The notes beneath the pieces are model-generated. The model made no database searches, was not told the DNA's origin, and worked only from the letters and a program-made list of their open reading frames with translations. Made by a program: the position numbers and the translations under genes. DNA of 64,000 nucleotides from Sumerlaeia bacterium (GTDB taxonomy: Bacteria; Sumerlaeota; Sumerlaeia; SLMS01; JAHLLQ01): positions 1 to 64,000 of the forward strand of contig JAVJSW010000004.1 of the NCBI GenBank assembly GCA_040219255.1. The letters are read 5' to 3'. Positions 28,874 to 38,951 of the stretch are shown here, piece after piece (positions within the stretch are counted from its first letter, which is position 1; the number at the start of each line of letters is the position of its first letter).

Positions 28874-31630
28874 TTAGTCGTTCAGAATCAACCATTCGCT
28901 GACCGACGAACCGGAGTTGCCGGTGACGGAGATTTCGTACTCCGCTTCGTCCGGATCGTTGCTCGAGATCACGAAGGTCTCGTTGAACGTGCCGGTGGAA
29001 GGCGGGTTGAAACGGATAATCATCGAGTTTGCTGTCAGGCCCGCCGCCACGAGCGTCGGCACGACGCCTTGGATGGAGTAGCCAGTGCTGGCACCCACCG
29101 CGGCGACGCCGCTGATGGACAAGTCCGAGAGACCGTAGTTGCGGATCGGAACCGCGATATCCACCGGGTTGCCAGTGGTCGTGGAGCCGAAGTTGAGTGT
29201 CGGGGACGAGTCGATGTCGGCCGAGGGGGCGAGAACGCGCAGGTTGTCGAAGTTGTTGCGGACCTGGCCAGTGCTGCCGGTCGAGGTCTCGCGATAGCCG
29301 ATGCCGACGGTGCCCGCGCGGGCGGTCTGGCTGGAGAGGCTGGCGGTCAGTTCGCCATTCACCGTGAAGCGCACTTCGCCATTCGTGGTGTTCACGCCCA
29401 GCGTGCTCCATCCCGTGGAAACGGCAACCGGCGAGCCGACGTTTGTGGGGACGCTCTTCAGGACGCTGACGGCCTGAACGGTGCCGGCGACATAGTCGAT
29501 CCAGAAGCCGTAGTAGGAATCGCCGTAGGTGCCGATGGGCGAGGTGATATCTGAGGCCGAGTTGGCGTTGGCTTGGAAGCCATTGCTGTAGAGAGCCATG
29601 AAGGTGCCCACTTCCGTACCGTCGGCCACCGTCGAAATAGGACCGGCGTAGAAGTCGCCGAGGACGCTCATGTCGCGGGCCAGGATGTTGGCGAGAATCG
29701 CTTCGTCGCCGCCGCCCGAGTTGTCCTTCACCGACGCGATGGACGAGGACGTGACCGGGTCCGGAGATGCCACGGCGATGACCGGTGTGGCGGCGGAGAT
29801 GTCATGCACCTGCACCGCCACAAAGGTGTATCCGAAGGTCAGCTTTACGCCGTCGGTGGTGGCGAAGTCGTCGGTCTGGGGAATCGCCACCGAACTCGTG
29901 GCGTTCGACAGACCGGGCGAACGGCCGTTCCACAGAGGGTTGAAATCGAAGAAGTTGTTGTTCGTATCCACGCCGTCGGGGAAGCGTCCGACGCTCGTGT
30001 CGATCCGGGCGATGGCGGTGGCCAGGCCGATCTGGGTGTTGAAGGTGTCGTCACCGCCGCTGCCTGCGCCGTCGCCGCCTTCGACGATGGCGTTGGGCAG
30101 GGTGATGTTCACCGGGACGCCCGGCGTGGTGCTGTAATTCGTGAAGTACGACATCGAGTCGAGGATCGCGCCGGTGGACTTTGAACGGATCACCACGGCG
30201 TCCGGGTCTCCGTTCTGAATCAGGTTCGTCGCCGGCAAGACCACCAGGTCCACGTTGGGCACGAGCGAAGATCCGAGGACGAAGTAACCGTCGCCGGGCA
30301 TCGTCTGGCCCGAGAGGCTGAACGAGTTGTAGGTGTTGCCGCTGGGCGTCGCCACGGAGCCCGCGTTCACGAAAGCCACTTCCAGGTCCGACAGGTCGAG
30401 GCCGGGCGTGCCGTAGAGTTCGATGAATTCGGCGTCGTCGGTACCGGTCTCCAGGGTGCCGACTTCGTTGATGACGATCGCGCCGGCGGTGACTTCCGTG
30501 GCGGCCACGGTCGAGTAACTCAGCAGGCCGTAGCGGTGTCGGTCGGGAGACACGAAAGCGATTTCGCCGGTGGTGGCCGAAGTCTCGACGACGCTGACGT
30601 CACCGTTGCCACCGCTGGTCTCCACACCATTCAGGCCAACCTGATAGGTGGTCAAAACGGCGCCATTGTCGCCATTCAGGAAATAGACGCGGTTGCGTTC
30701 GTTGCTGGTCGAGGTTCCCCGCATCACGATGACGATGTCTTCGCCGCCGATGGAGGCGTAGTCGCCACCGACCACGGAAATCGAGTCGCCGGCGGAGGCG
30801 CTGTTCGGGGCGCCGGCCGTGCCAAAGGCGATGTCTCGAACCCAGGTTCCGCCGGTGCGGACCCAACGCTCGATGGCTCCGCCGCTGACGCTGCACCAAA
30901 TCACGTCGCCATCGGCGCCAGTGTTCGTGGGCTTGGCGATGATCGCATGGACCGAGCGGGGGTCCGTCGCCAGGTCCACCAACTCGGCGGACGTGAAGCT
31001 GTTGCCGTTGCTGGTGCTGTAAACGCGGAAGGGCGATGTGGTTCCGGTATTTGCCGTGGGGGCATAGATCAGCGTTCCGGTGCCGCTGCCAGCGACGGAA
31101 AGGGCGCGCAGATCGATAGCGGTGGTTCCCGCCAGATCGACCGGGACGGCGACGGCGCGAGGGCTGGCGCCCAGGGTGAAGTCCTCGATGCGGGCGATCA
31201 CGCGGCCCGCCGCGGCGCTCGGAAACGCGCAGACGTACATCGAGCCGTCCACCGCCGTCGCGATATCGTAGGGACCGACGCTCGAAGCGAATGTGAACGT
31301 ATCGGTGGTGAAGGAATCGTTGTCCGCATCGTAGGGATCGGTGACGGTCAGGCTCAGGGTTCCCAGTACCGCGCCATTGGCCGGGTCAATAGCGCTGAGG
31401 GAACGAGTGCCGGTGCCGCTGTCGCCGACAGCGACGATGAAGTTCGTGCCGTCGTAACCGACGCCACGGGCTTCGTTTCCATTCTGGACAGCGGCCAGGA
31501 GCGTGGTGTTGGTGGTCCATTGCTCCGTGATGGAAAGCGAAAAGGCCTGGCCCAGAGCGGCGGAGGGCACGAGGGCGTAAGCGAGGAGAAGGCTCGTCGA
31601 GCCAAAAACCAAGAAAGTTTTCGAAAACAT
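28874..31630 (-). CDS. Secreted multidomain protein: beta-propeller-like region + lamin-tail domain + Ig-like (choice-of-anchor D/ASH-like) domain + C-terminal W tail
   Basis: Signal peptide; IVINEV...DDAEFIELYGTPG; LNFG...IRNYG..L.IS...ISSNDPDE; ends GSSVSEWLILND. Confidence 0.85.
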   Translation of the reverse strand: MFSKTFLVFGSTSLLLAYALVPSAALGQAFSLSITEQWTTNTTLLAAVQNGNEARGVGYDGTNFIVAVGDSGTGTRSLSAIDPANGAVLGTLSLTVTDPYDADNDSFTTDTFTFASSVGPYDIATAVDGSMYVCAFPSAAAGRVIARIEDFTLGASPRAVAVPVDLAGTTAIDLRALSVAGSGTGTLIYAPTANTGTTSPFRVYSTSNGNSFTSAELVDLATDPRSVHAIIAKPTNTGADGDVIWCSVSGGAIERWVRTGGTWVRDIAFGTAGAPNSASAGDSISVVGGDYASIGGEDIVIVMRGTSTSNERNRVYFLNGDNGAVLTTYQVGLNGVETSGGNGDVSVVETSATTGEIAFVSPDRHRYGLLSYSTVAATEVTAGAIVINEVGTLETGTDDAEFIELYGTPGLDLSDLEVAFVNAGSVATPSGNTYNSFSLSGQTMPGDGYFVLGSSLVPNVDLVVLPATNLIQNGDPDAVVIRSKSTGAILDSMSYFTNYSTTPGVPVNITLPNAIVEGGDGAGSGGDDTFNTQIGLATAIARIDTSVGRFPDGVDTNNNFFDFNPLWNGRSPGLSNATSSVAIPQTDDFATTDGVKLTFGYTFVAVQVHDISAATPVIAVASPDPVTSSSIASVKDNSGGGDEAILANILARDMSVLGDFYAGPISTVADGTEVGTFMALYSNGFQANANSASDITSPIGTYGDSYYGFWIDYVAGTVQAVSVLKSVPTNVGSPVAVSTGWSTLGVNTTNGEVRFTVNGELTASLSSQTARAGTVGIGYRETSTGSTGQVRNNFDNLRVLAPSADIDSSPTLNFGSTTTGNPVDIAVPIRNYGLSDLSISGVAAVGASTGYSIQGVVPTLVAAGLTANSMIIRFNPPSTGTFNETFVISSNDPDEAEYEISVTGNSGSSVSEWLILND

Positions 31631-31897
31631 GAAGCGTAAAGGCTCCACAAGAAAAGGGGCGTGGGAGGCCTTCTCAGGCACTCCCTCCGTTTATCCTTCC
31701 GAACCTGGGACTGTCAGCTCTACCAAGTTTTTTAGGACACGATTCGGCGGATTCGGGCTTGGATTTTAGAAGCCTCCTTCTTCCAAACCCCATCATGCAG
31801 AATAGGCTGCATAGACTCTTGCGGGCAGTCTTTGTCAATGCCGACCGGAAGGCGGGCAGAAAGTTTCCCGCAACCCATCGTCAGCCTCCTCCGGCCC

Positions 31898-32371
31898 CTA
31901 TCCCTGGCCGCCCCGCTCGATCGCCTCCACGAACATCGGGTCTGTTTCCCCGCGCCGCACCCCGCCCAGATAGGGCACCGGGCGGGGGCCTTTGGCGGTG
32001 ACGTCTTCGGCGCGCAGATCGAAGGTCTTGAACCCGGCCCGCTCCAGCGCCGCCATGTCCGAGGCGTACACCACCGCCCCAATCCCCGACCAGACAATGG
32101 CCGCGGCGCACATGGGACAGGGCTCGCCGGTGGTGTAGAGCACCATCTCGTCGCGCGGCAGACCGGGCTTTTTCGCTTCCATGTCCTGAATCGCCACGAT
32201 TTCGCCGTGCAGCGTGCAATCGCGGTAAGTCGCGTTGCAACCCTCGGCCACCAGCGTCTTCGTCGGCGCGTGGACAATCACGGCGCCAAAGGGCTGCCGA
32301 GGGTTGTGGCTGGCTTTCGTGATGGCCAACGCCATGAAGTAATCGTGATCGAGGGCGTCGAGAAGGCTCAT
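31898..32371 (-). CDS. Nucleoside deaminase (cytidine/guanine deaminase family)
   Basis: PFGAVIV, HGEI.AI and LYTTGEPCPMC. Confidence 0.92.
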   Translation of the reverse strand: MSLLDALDHDYFMALAITKASHNPRQPFGAVIVHAPTKTLVAEGCNATYRDCTLHGEIVAIQDMEAKKPGLPRDEMVLYTTGEPCPMCAAAIVWSGIGAVVYASDMAALERAGFKTFDLRAEDVTAKGPRPVPYLGGVRRGETDPMFVEAIERGGQG

Positions 32372-32438
32372 GGGAGAATAGGTCCTTTAGGGAGGAAAAG
32401 GTGTCCCCCACAGCGAAGCAAGGACGGCGCCGGGGTGG

Positions 32439-33182
32439 CTACTGATCCAGTTTCCAGTGCGGATCGTCGTAGAGGTCGCTGGCGTTCTTGCTGCGGCCCG
32501 GGTGCCCCATGGAGAGCCGCTGGGATTTCTCTTTGGGAGAAAAGCGGCGCCGGCCCCGGCCCCCGCCCCCACCGCCGCCGAGGAAGCGCGGCGCCAGCAT
32601 GAAGGCGAAACCGATCACGGCTCCGGCGAGATGGCCAATGTGGCTGACCTGGCCGGCAAGGCCCTGCGCGAAGGTCATCCAGACTTCCCAGGCGAGGAAC
32701 AGAATCACCATCGTCTTGAGCTTCATGGGAATAATGGCATAGAGCAAGACCGTCGAGTCCGGCGCCACGAACAGCGCCACCACCAGAATGGCGAACACCG
32801 CGCCCGAGAAGCCGACGAGGCCGACGCTGGGATAACCGGCGATCAGGTAAATCACCGTGTGGGCGATGCCGGCGGTCAGAATGGCCGAGAAGATGAGGGC
32901 GAGGTACTTGCCCTTGCCAAGGTACCGCTCAACGATCGGTCCGAAGAAAAACAGCGCCAGGCCATTGGCCAGAATGTGTCCCAGGCTCCCATGCAGGAAG
33001 CCATACGTGACAAGCTGCCACACTTGACCCCGCACCACGTCGCCCGGTTCGAGCATTCCGATTTGGTTCACCAGCGGAAGCGATTGCAGCAGAAAAACCG
33101 CCACATTGGCGATCAGCAAGGTCAGAGTCACCGGCGGCATGCTGCCGCCCAGGGGTCCGATTCCGTATTGTCCGTGGCGCAT
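32439..33182 (-). CDS. Rhomboid family intramembrane serine protease
   Basis: WQLVTYGFLHG..HIL.N, GFSG and HIGHLAG. Confidence 0.92.
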   Translation of the reverse strand: MRHGQYGIGPLGGSMPPVTLTLLIANVAVFLLQSLPLVNQIGMLEPGDVVRGQVWQLVTYGFLHGSLGHILANGLALFFFGPIVERYLGKGKYLALIFSAILTAGIAHTVIYLIAGYPSVGLVGFSGAVFAILVVALFVAPDSTVLLYAIIPMKLKTMVILFLAWEVWMTFAQGLAGQVSHIGHLAGAVIGFAFMLAPRFLGGGGGGGRGRRRFSPKEKSQRLSMGHPGRSKNASDLYDDPHWKLDQ

Positions 33183-33240
33183 GGGCGCGTCCTTTGTCTC
33201 GCGGTTGGGGACGCCCGGCCCGGCAGGGGCGGGGGCGCCT

Positions 33241-34752
33241 CTAGAGGTCTTCGATCAAATCAATTTTCGCGCCCATGGCGCCGAGGGTCTCGAACCATCC
33301 GGGGAAAGACTTCGCCACATGGTGAGCGCCGGTGACGGTCAGGCCAAGACGGCAGCGCAGCGCCACCACGCTGAGCATCATGATGACCCGGTGGTCGCCG
33401 CGGCCATCGACTTCGATACCGCCCTCGAATCCCTCGGGCCGGCCCATCATCTGGATGACGTCGGGGTTGTCGTTTGGCTCCCATTCGGCGACGGAGGCGG
33501 CGCTCTCCCAGTCCCAGCCAGCCGGTGGGATACCGCTCGGCGGGCCTGTGGAGTCGATTTTCCGCAGCTCGGCGATGGGTTCGCGGACCCGGTCGCATTC
33601 CTTGAATTGCAGGTTCCCGATGCCGAGGAACCTGCTGACGCCTTCGGCGCAGGCCCCCGCCGACATCATCGCCAGCACGGCGTCGGTGCACAGGTCGCCA
33701 TTGATCCGGGCGCTCTGGATGTGGCCCTCGGGCGCGCGAAGCCGCAGCGCCAGGCCGCTCTCGCCCTCGACCGGTTCGTAGGCCACATGGCAACCCATGG
33801 CGCGGTAGAATTCGATGCAGCGGCGCTCGCCCTGTTCGTCGTCTTTCAGGCGGCGGATGGCGATGTCGCTGCCGGGGACGACGGCGGCGGCGGCCAGGAT
33901 GGCGGCGCTGCCGGGCCAATCGCCGTTCACGTCCCAGCGCCGGGCCGCGTAGGCGCTGCGGCTGCGGCGGATTTGGTGGATCAGCCGGTCGGCGTCGCTT
34001 TCCACTTCGATGCCCGCGTCGCGCATCACCGACCGCGTGGTTTCGATCAGGGGCACGCTGCGCAGGCTGCCGGTGACGCTGATGCGGACGGTTTCATCCA
34101 GGTTCGGCGCCATGAACAGCAGCGCCGAAAGGAATTGGCTGCTGACGGCGCCGGACACGGTGACGGGAAAGGGCTCGAACTCGTCGAGGCCGAGCTCTTT
34201 GCGGCGGGCGGCGATGTGGGCTTTGATGCGGGGGCGGCCTCCGCGGATGGCCAGCGGCAGAGCGCCTTCCTCGCCGCGGGACTCGGTCTCGACGCCGAGC
34301 TGCTCCAGCGCGTCGAGCAGGTCGCGGTTGGGGCGCTTGCCCAGGGATTCCTTGTGGTGGGCCGTGTCGAAGCGGACTTCGCCCTCGCAGAGCGCCGCCA
34401 CGCCGATCAGCATGCGGAGCACGGCCCCCGCGTTGTCCGGGTCCACGACCCCGGCGGGCGTTTTCGGCGCCGCGCCAAAGCCGATGATCTCGAGCCGATC
34501 CACCACGCCCGCGTTCGCCACGGTGAAGTCCACGGCCCGGCCCTGGCGGTCGAGCGCCGTGATCGCCGCGCCGAACTGCTTCAGGCACCGCACCAGCGCC
34601 GTGCTGTCGTCCTGCACGGCGGGCCGATGGACGACGCTGGCGCCGGGGGCGTAGGCGCTGGCGATGACGTAGCGCAGGGTGTAATTCTTGGACGAGGGCG
34701 GTTCGATGACGCCGCTCAAGGGCTTGGTGGCGGGATGGACGTGGGCTTTCAT
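33241..34752 (-). CDS. aroA: 3-phosphoshikimate 1-carboxyvinyltransferase (EPSP synthase)
   Basis: PSSKN, NAGAVLR, KRP, VSSQFLSALL, KECDR, DHRVIM and VAKSFP. Confidence 0.92.
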   Translation of the reverse strand: MKAHVHPATKPLSGVIEPPSSKNYTLRYVIASAYAPGASVVHRPAVQDDSTALVRCLKQFGAAITALDRQGRAVDFTVANAGVVDRLEIIGFGAAPKTPAGVVDPDNAGAVLRMLIGVAALCEGEVRFDTAHHKESLGKRPNRDLLDALEQLGVETESRGEEGALPLAIRGGRPRIKAHIAARRKELGLDEFEPFPVTVSGAVSSQFLSALLFMAPNLDETVRISVTGSLRSVPLIETTRSVMRDAGIEVESDADRLIHQIRRSRSAYAARRWDVNGDWPGSAAILAAAAVVPGSDIAIRRLKDDEQGERRCIEFYRAMGCHVAYEPVEGESGLALRLRAPEGHIQSARINGDLCTDAVLAMMSAGACAEGVSRFLGIGNLQFKECDRVREPIAELRKIDSTGPPSGIPPAGWDWESAASVAEWEPNDNPDVIQMMGRPEGFEGGIEVDGRGDHRVIMMLSVVALRCRLGLTVTGAHHVAKSFPGWFETLGAMGAKIDLIEDL

Positions 34753-34892
34753 GGCGGTCGGGTGCGGGCGCTTTCCGGCGGAGGGACTCGATCAGGGGCG
34801 GTTTTGTAAGGCCGGGCGGGGCCGGAGCGATAGCGATTTTTCGCGGGCGGGGCGGATGAGAGCGAGCGGGGGCGGGGAGAATAAGAAAACCG

Positions 34893-34911
34893 GCCACGGA
34901 TGAACACGGAC
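34893..34911 (+). repeat. CCACGGATGAACACGG-type intergenic repeat
   Basis: GCCACGGATGAACACGGAC matches the reverse complement of 60736-60754 at 16/19 positions. Confidence 0.55.
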
Positions 34912-35133
34912 GGAGGGGATGATTTGGGATTCGATCCGACACCTGGAGCGCCTCCTGGTATCAAACTCCACCAGGCTCACTTTCGGCCGCCTCGAAATCC
35001 CTGCAGGACCGGCGTTCGGTCAAAAGGCTTTCCCCGCAAGGATTTCACCCCGCGCTTGGCAAAGTGCTCTTGCCCGCTCAGTTCAGCCTGAAACTATTGA
35101 CCCGCATCCTCTCGCCTGCGGCCTTCTCCCCCC

Positions 35134-36741
35134 ATGCCCTCCGACTTCCAGCACCCCACCCGCGAACGCGCCGAGATTCTGCAGGCTCGCATCGAACGCC
35201 TCGAGTCCTGGCGCGCGCGCGGCGTTCGCCAATTGCCAGTGGTGGCCCTGCTGCACGCGCAGGACGGGGAAATCCTGATCGTCAGCGAGGTCTTCGAAAA
35301 GGCGCTGGGTCTGACGATGGCTGAGCTGCCCACCTATGGCGATTGGGTGGCGAGGTGTTTCCCGCGCGAGCGCCTGCCTTCGCCCCAGGAGGTACGCTCG
35401 CTCTTCCGGCTCGAGGAGCGGTGGGACGATGGGACGGTGACGCTGCGGCCCGAGAAGGGCACGGCTCGGCTTTGGACGCTGGCGCATCAGCCGTTCGGCC
35501 GCACGGCGGACGGGCGCAGCCTGGTGCTGACCACGGCGCTGGCGGCGGACGACCCGCTGGAGGACACGTCGCGCCGTCTCCACAGCGAACGGCTGGAGAG
35601 CCTGGGCCTGATGGCCGGCGGCATCGCCCACGATTTCAACAACATGCTGGTGGGCATTCTGGGCGCCGCCGGGATGGCGCTGCTGGAATTGCCGCCGGGC
35701 GATCCGGCGCGGGGCACCCTCCAGCGCATCGAAACCACCGCCAGACGCGCCGCCGAGCTGACCAAGCAGCTCCTTGCCTACAGCGGCAAAGGCAAGTTCG
35801 TCGTCGAGGACATCGATCTCTCCAGCCTGGTGCGCGACATGGAAGCGCTGCTGGAGCTGTCTCGTTCGAAGAAGGCGGAGTACACCGAGGAGTTGGCGGC
35901 GAAGCTGCCGGCGGTGCGGGTGGATTCCTCCCAGGTGCGCCAGATCGTCCTGAACCTGGTGGTGAACGCGTCCGACGCCCTGGCCGACGGCGCGGGCCGC
36001 ATCGCGGTGCGGACCGGGGTTTGGGAGGCGGACGAAACGGCGATTCTGCGCGCCGCCCTGCCGCCCGAGGACGCGCGCCCCGGATGGTACGCCTTCGTCG
36101 AGGTGAAGGACTCGGGGGCGGGGATGACGCCGGAAACGATGGAACGGATGTTCGACCCGTTCTTCACCACCAAGCCTCAAAAGGGCCACGGCCTCGGGCT
36201 CAGCGCCGTGCTCGGCGTCGTGCGCTCGCACCAGGGCCTGATCCACGTCCACAGCGCCCCCGCCCGCGGCACCACCATCCGCGTGTCCTTTCCCGCGCTC
36301 TCGACCCCCGCCGTGGTGGCCGACCCCGAATCGGGGGTCGAAACCATCGAGCGCATGCCGGTACTCGGACAGAAAAGGAAGGGGATGGCGCTCCTCGTCG
36401 AGGACGAGGAAGTGGTCCGCGATGTCACCCGCGACATGCTCACCTTCTTCGGCTACGATGTGGTCGAGGCGGCCGATGGGCGCGAGGGTGTCGACCTTTT
36501 CGTCGAGCATATGGGTTCGGTGAACCTGGTGCTGCTGGACTTATCCATGCCCCGCATGGACGGCGGAGAGGCCTTCCTGGAAATGCGGCGCCTCGACGCC
36601 TCCGTCCCCATCATTCTGATGAGCGGCTACAACGAAACGAAAGCGGGCGAGTTCTTCAAGACGCGGGGCTTGGCGGGGTTCCTGTACAAGCCCTTCATGC
36701 CGACGGACCTGAAAGATCTCCTTGATCAGATTCGGAGATAA
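35134..36741 (+). CDS. Hybrid sensor histidine kinase/response regulator (CckA-like)
   Basis: AGGIAHDFNN H-box, NLVVNA, DSGAGM, FDPFFTTK, GLGL and a C-terminal REC domain (LLDLSMP). Confidence 0.93.
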   Translation: MPSDFQHPTRERAEILQARIERLESWRARGVRQLPVVALLHAQDGEILIVSEVFEKALGLTMAELPTYGDWVARCFPRERLPSPQEVRSLFRLEERWDDGTVTLRPEKGTARLWTLAHQPFGRTADGRSLVLTTALAADDPLEDTSRRLHSERLESLGLMAGGIAHDFNNMLVGILGAAGMALLELPPGDPARGTLQRIETTARRAAELTKQLLAYSGKGKFVVEDIDLSSLVRDMEALLELSRSKKAEYTEELAAKLPAVRVDSSQVRQIVLNLVVNASDALADGAGRIAVRTGVWEADETAILRAALPPEDARPGWYAFVEVKDSGAGMTPETMERMFDPFFTTKPQKGHGLGLSAVLGVVRSHQGLIHVHSAPARGTTIRVSFPALSTPAVVADPESGVETIERMPVLGQKRKGMALLVEDEEVVRDVTRDMLTFFGYDVVEAADGREGVDLFVEHMGSVNLVLLDLSMPRMDGGEAFLEMRRLDASVPIILMSGYNETKAGEFFKTRGLAGFLYKPFMPTDLKDLLDQIRR

Positions 36742-36867
36742 GCCGGACAGCATTTCCGGCTCGCCTCTGTCATTGGCGGTCCGCCGCCCTCCGCCGCGTT
36801 GACAGCTTCTTCCCCGCTCCCTTCCATGGTTCAACGACTTCAACGGATGGAAGGCCTCGATCGAACC

Positions 36868-37725
36868 ATGGAAGACGAAGTGACTACACTGACCCTGCAA
36901 ACCGCCTATCCGGTGGCCCGCGCGTGGATCGTGGCCAACGGCGCGACCTTTCTTGCGAATATGCTGTCCGCGCTGGCGATTTTGCTCATCGGGGCCATCC
37001 TCATCAGGACGCTTCTTGGGGTGATGCGCCGCGCGGCGGACAAGAGCGACCGCTTCAGTCCGATGCTGGAGAACTTCACCATCAGCATCGCCGGCAAGGG
37101 GCTCTGGGTGCTGCTGTGGATTCTGGTGCTGGGTCAGGCCGGGGTCCACGTCGCGCCGCTGGTGGCCAGCGTGGGCGTTCTGGGCTTCGTGATCGGGTTC
37201 GCGTTCCAGGAATCGCTGGGGAACCTCGCCGCCGGATTCATGATCCTGCTCAACAATCCGTTCCAGAACGGTCACGTCGTCGATGCCGCCGGCTACACCG
37301 GCATCGTTGTCGACATCGACCTTTCCGCGACCACTCTGAAGACCTTCGATGGCCGCCGGGTGGTCATTCCCAACGGCAAGGTCTGGGGCGCTCCGATCGT
37401 GAACTATACCGTCAACGGCTCGCGCCGCGCGGAATTCAGTGTGGGCGTCTCCTATAGCGCCGACATCGCCAAGGCCATCGCCGTGCTGAAGGAAATGGTC
37501 GAAAACGACGAGCGCGTCATGAAGGATCCCGCGCCCCAGGTCGTCGTGACCGGGCTGGCCGATTCGTCGGTGAACCTGGCGATCCGCGTCTGGACCGTGA
37601 ACGACAATTTCGGCCCCATCATGTCCGAGACGCTGCAGGCCATCAAAGCCCGGCTGGACGCGGAAGGCATCGAAATCCCCTATCCCCAGTTGGTCGTCAA
37701 CAAAGGCGATTGGGACGCGGCTTAG
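36868..37725 (+). CDS. mscS: Small-conductance mechanosensitive channel (MscS family)
   Basis: GFAFQESLGNLAAG, PFQNG, IPNG, VGVSYSAD and EGIEIPYPQ. Confidence 0.9.
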   Translation: MEDEVTTLTLQTAYPVARAWIVANGATFLANMLSALAILLIGAILIRTLLGVMRRAADKSDRFSPMLENFTISIAGKGLWVLLWILVLGQAGVHVAPLVASVGVLGFVIGFAFQESLGNLAAGFMILLNNPFQNGHVVDAAGYTGIVVDIDLSATTLKTFDGRRVVIPNGKVWGAPIVNYTVNGSRRAEFSVGVSYSADIAKAIAVLKEMVENDERVMKDPAPQVVVTGLADSSVNLAIRVWTVNDNFGPIMSETLQAIKARLDAEGIEIPYPQLVVNKGDWDAA

Positions 37726-38321
37726 CCGGTCTCCCTCGGGCCCAGCAAACGCCGCAGCGCCAGACTAGCCTGATGGCGATGGGCGGTGTAGCGCGGGGAT
37801 TCCTGCTGGTAATTGACCGCGGCCGGATCGGCGCCGTGACGCAAGAGCAGGCGCGCCAGGGCGAGGTCGTCCCGCAGCGCGGCGTGGTGCAGGGGCCGAT
37901 TGCCCAGGTGCTGATCCGCGGCGTTGGGATCGGCGCCGGCATTCAGCAGCATTTCCACGATGTCGAAGCAGCCGGCCTGATCGGTGGCGCGCTGGGACGC
38001 CCAGAGCAGTGGGGCGCTCATGGAGCGGGTGGCTTGCAGGGGCGCCCCCCGGCGGATCAGACACGCGGCGGTGTCGCGGTGCTGGGCCTGAATGGCGAAG
38101 TGCAAGGCGGTGAGGCCGTGGCTGGTCAGAGCGGCGGGATCGGCGCCATGGTCGAGCAGGTACTCGACCACCAGCAAATGCCCGCGGGCGGCGGCTTTCA
38201 TCAGCGCCGTCAGGTTCTGGCGCGAACGGAATTCCAGGGCGGCGCCCGAGGCCAAGGCCGCGCGCAACCCGCCGATATCACCGGAATCGGCGGCGGAAAG
38301 GAAAGCGAGGTTCGGGGACAT
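37722..38321 (-). CDS. Ankyrin repeat protein
   Basis: TALMKAA..GH, TALHFAI, PLLWAS and PLHHAA repeats with GADP. Confidence 0.88.
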   Translation of the reverse strand: MSPNLAFLSAADSGDIGGLRAALASGAALEFRSRQNLTALMKAAARGHLLVVEYLLDHGADPAALTSHGLTALHFAIQAQHRDTAACLIRRGAPLQATRSMSAPLLWASQRATDQAGCFDIVEMLLNAGADPNAADQHLGNRPLHHAALRDDLALARLLLRHGADPAAVNYQQESPRYTAHRHQASLALRRLLGPRETG

Positions 38322-38532
38322 CGGCGGCGCACCCCCGGGCGAAGAAGGCAACGGTCGTCAGCGGAAGGGAGCGAGGTGTCGCGCGGGCTCCGGGACAAGG
38401 GCATAGCGGAAGGCGTGGGAGCTTGGAAAGAGGGAAGTGAAGGTCCTGCGGAGAAGGGGCGAAATTGGATGCAATGAGTTCCCTGCAATTCCCTCGCCGA
38501 AATCGATTGAGAGCCAGCTTCAGCAAAGGTTT

Positions 38533-38635
38533 ACAACGCTGGTTGTGATTCAAAAAGAGTTGTGATTCGAGCCGGGCGGGCCGGGATTTCGGGGGGTTCT
38601 TTCGCCTTCGGGCCGCTGTCCACAACAAAGGTTGT
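38533..38635. promoter_or_regulatory. Candidate operators: two ACAAC-N4-GTTGT palindromes
   Basis: ACAACGCTGGTTGT (38533-38546) and ACAACAAAGGTTGT (38622-38635) in a divergent intergenic region. Confidence 0.45.
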
Positions 38636-38951
38636 TCGCCCGGCGCGGGGGTGGTTGGCGGGCCTCTGCCACCGAAATCCCAGAGCTGGCGCCATTTTCC
38701 TGCGATTTCCCAGTCTGGCTCCGCTCTTGCAGTTCCCGGGGAATATCGCGAGCCCCGCATCCCACCCTTCGCGCCGGGCTTGCGATCCTCCGAGAGACCC
38801 GATGGGTGCCGCCGCTTTCCCACCCGGCCGCACCCGTTCTCTCGCAGGAAAAAGAAGGTTTCCCACCATTGGGGGAAAGTCGGCTCCCACCCCGGTTTCC
38901 CCCTCCTTCTCACTCCAAACTGTTAGTTTTTCGATAGAAAGCCATCGTCTC

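Noticed and set aside
32439-33182. Rhomboid as a rhombosortase for the nearby W-tail protein
   Set aside because: The tail has no TM helix or GlyGly motif; the rhomboid looks generic and follows aroA
38617-38625. DnaA-box-like TGTCCACA in a long intergenic region (possible oriC)
   Set aside because: Single degenerate match; no box cluster, AT-rich unwinding element or dnaA/dnaN context
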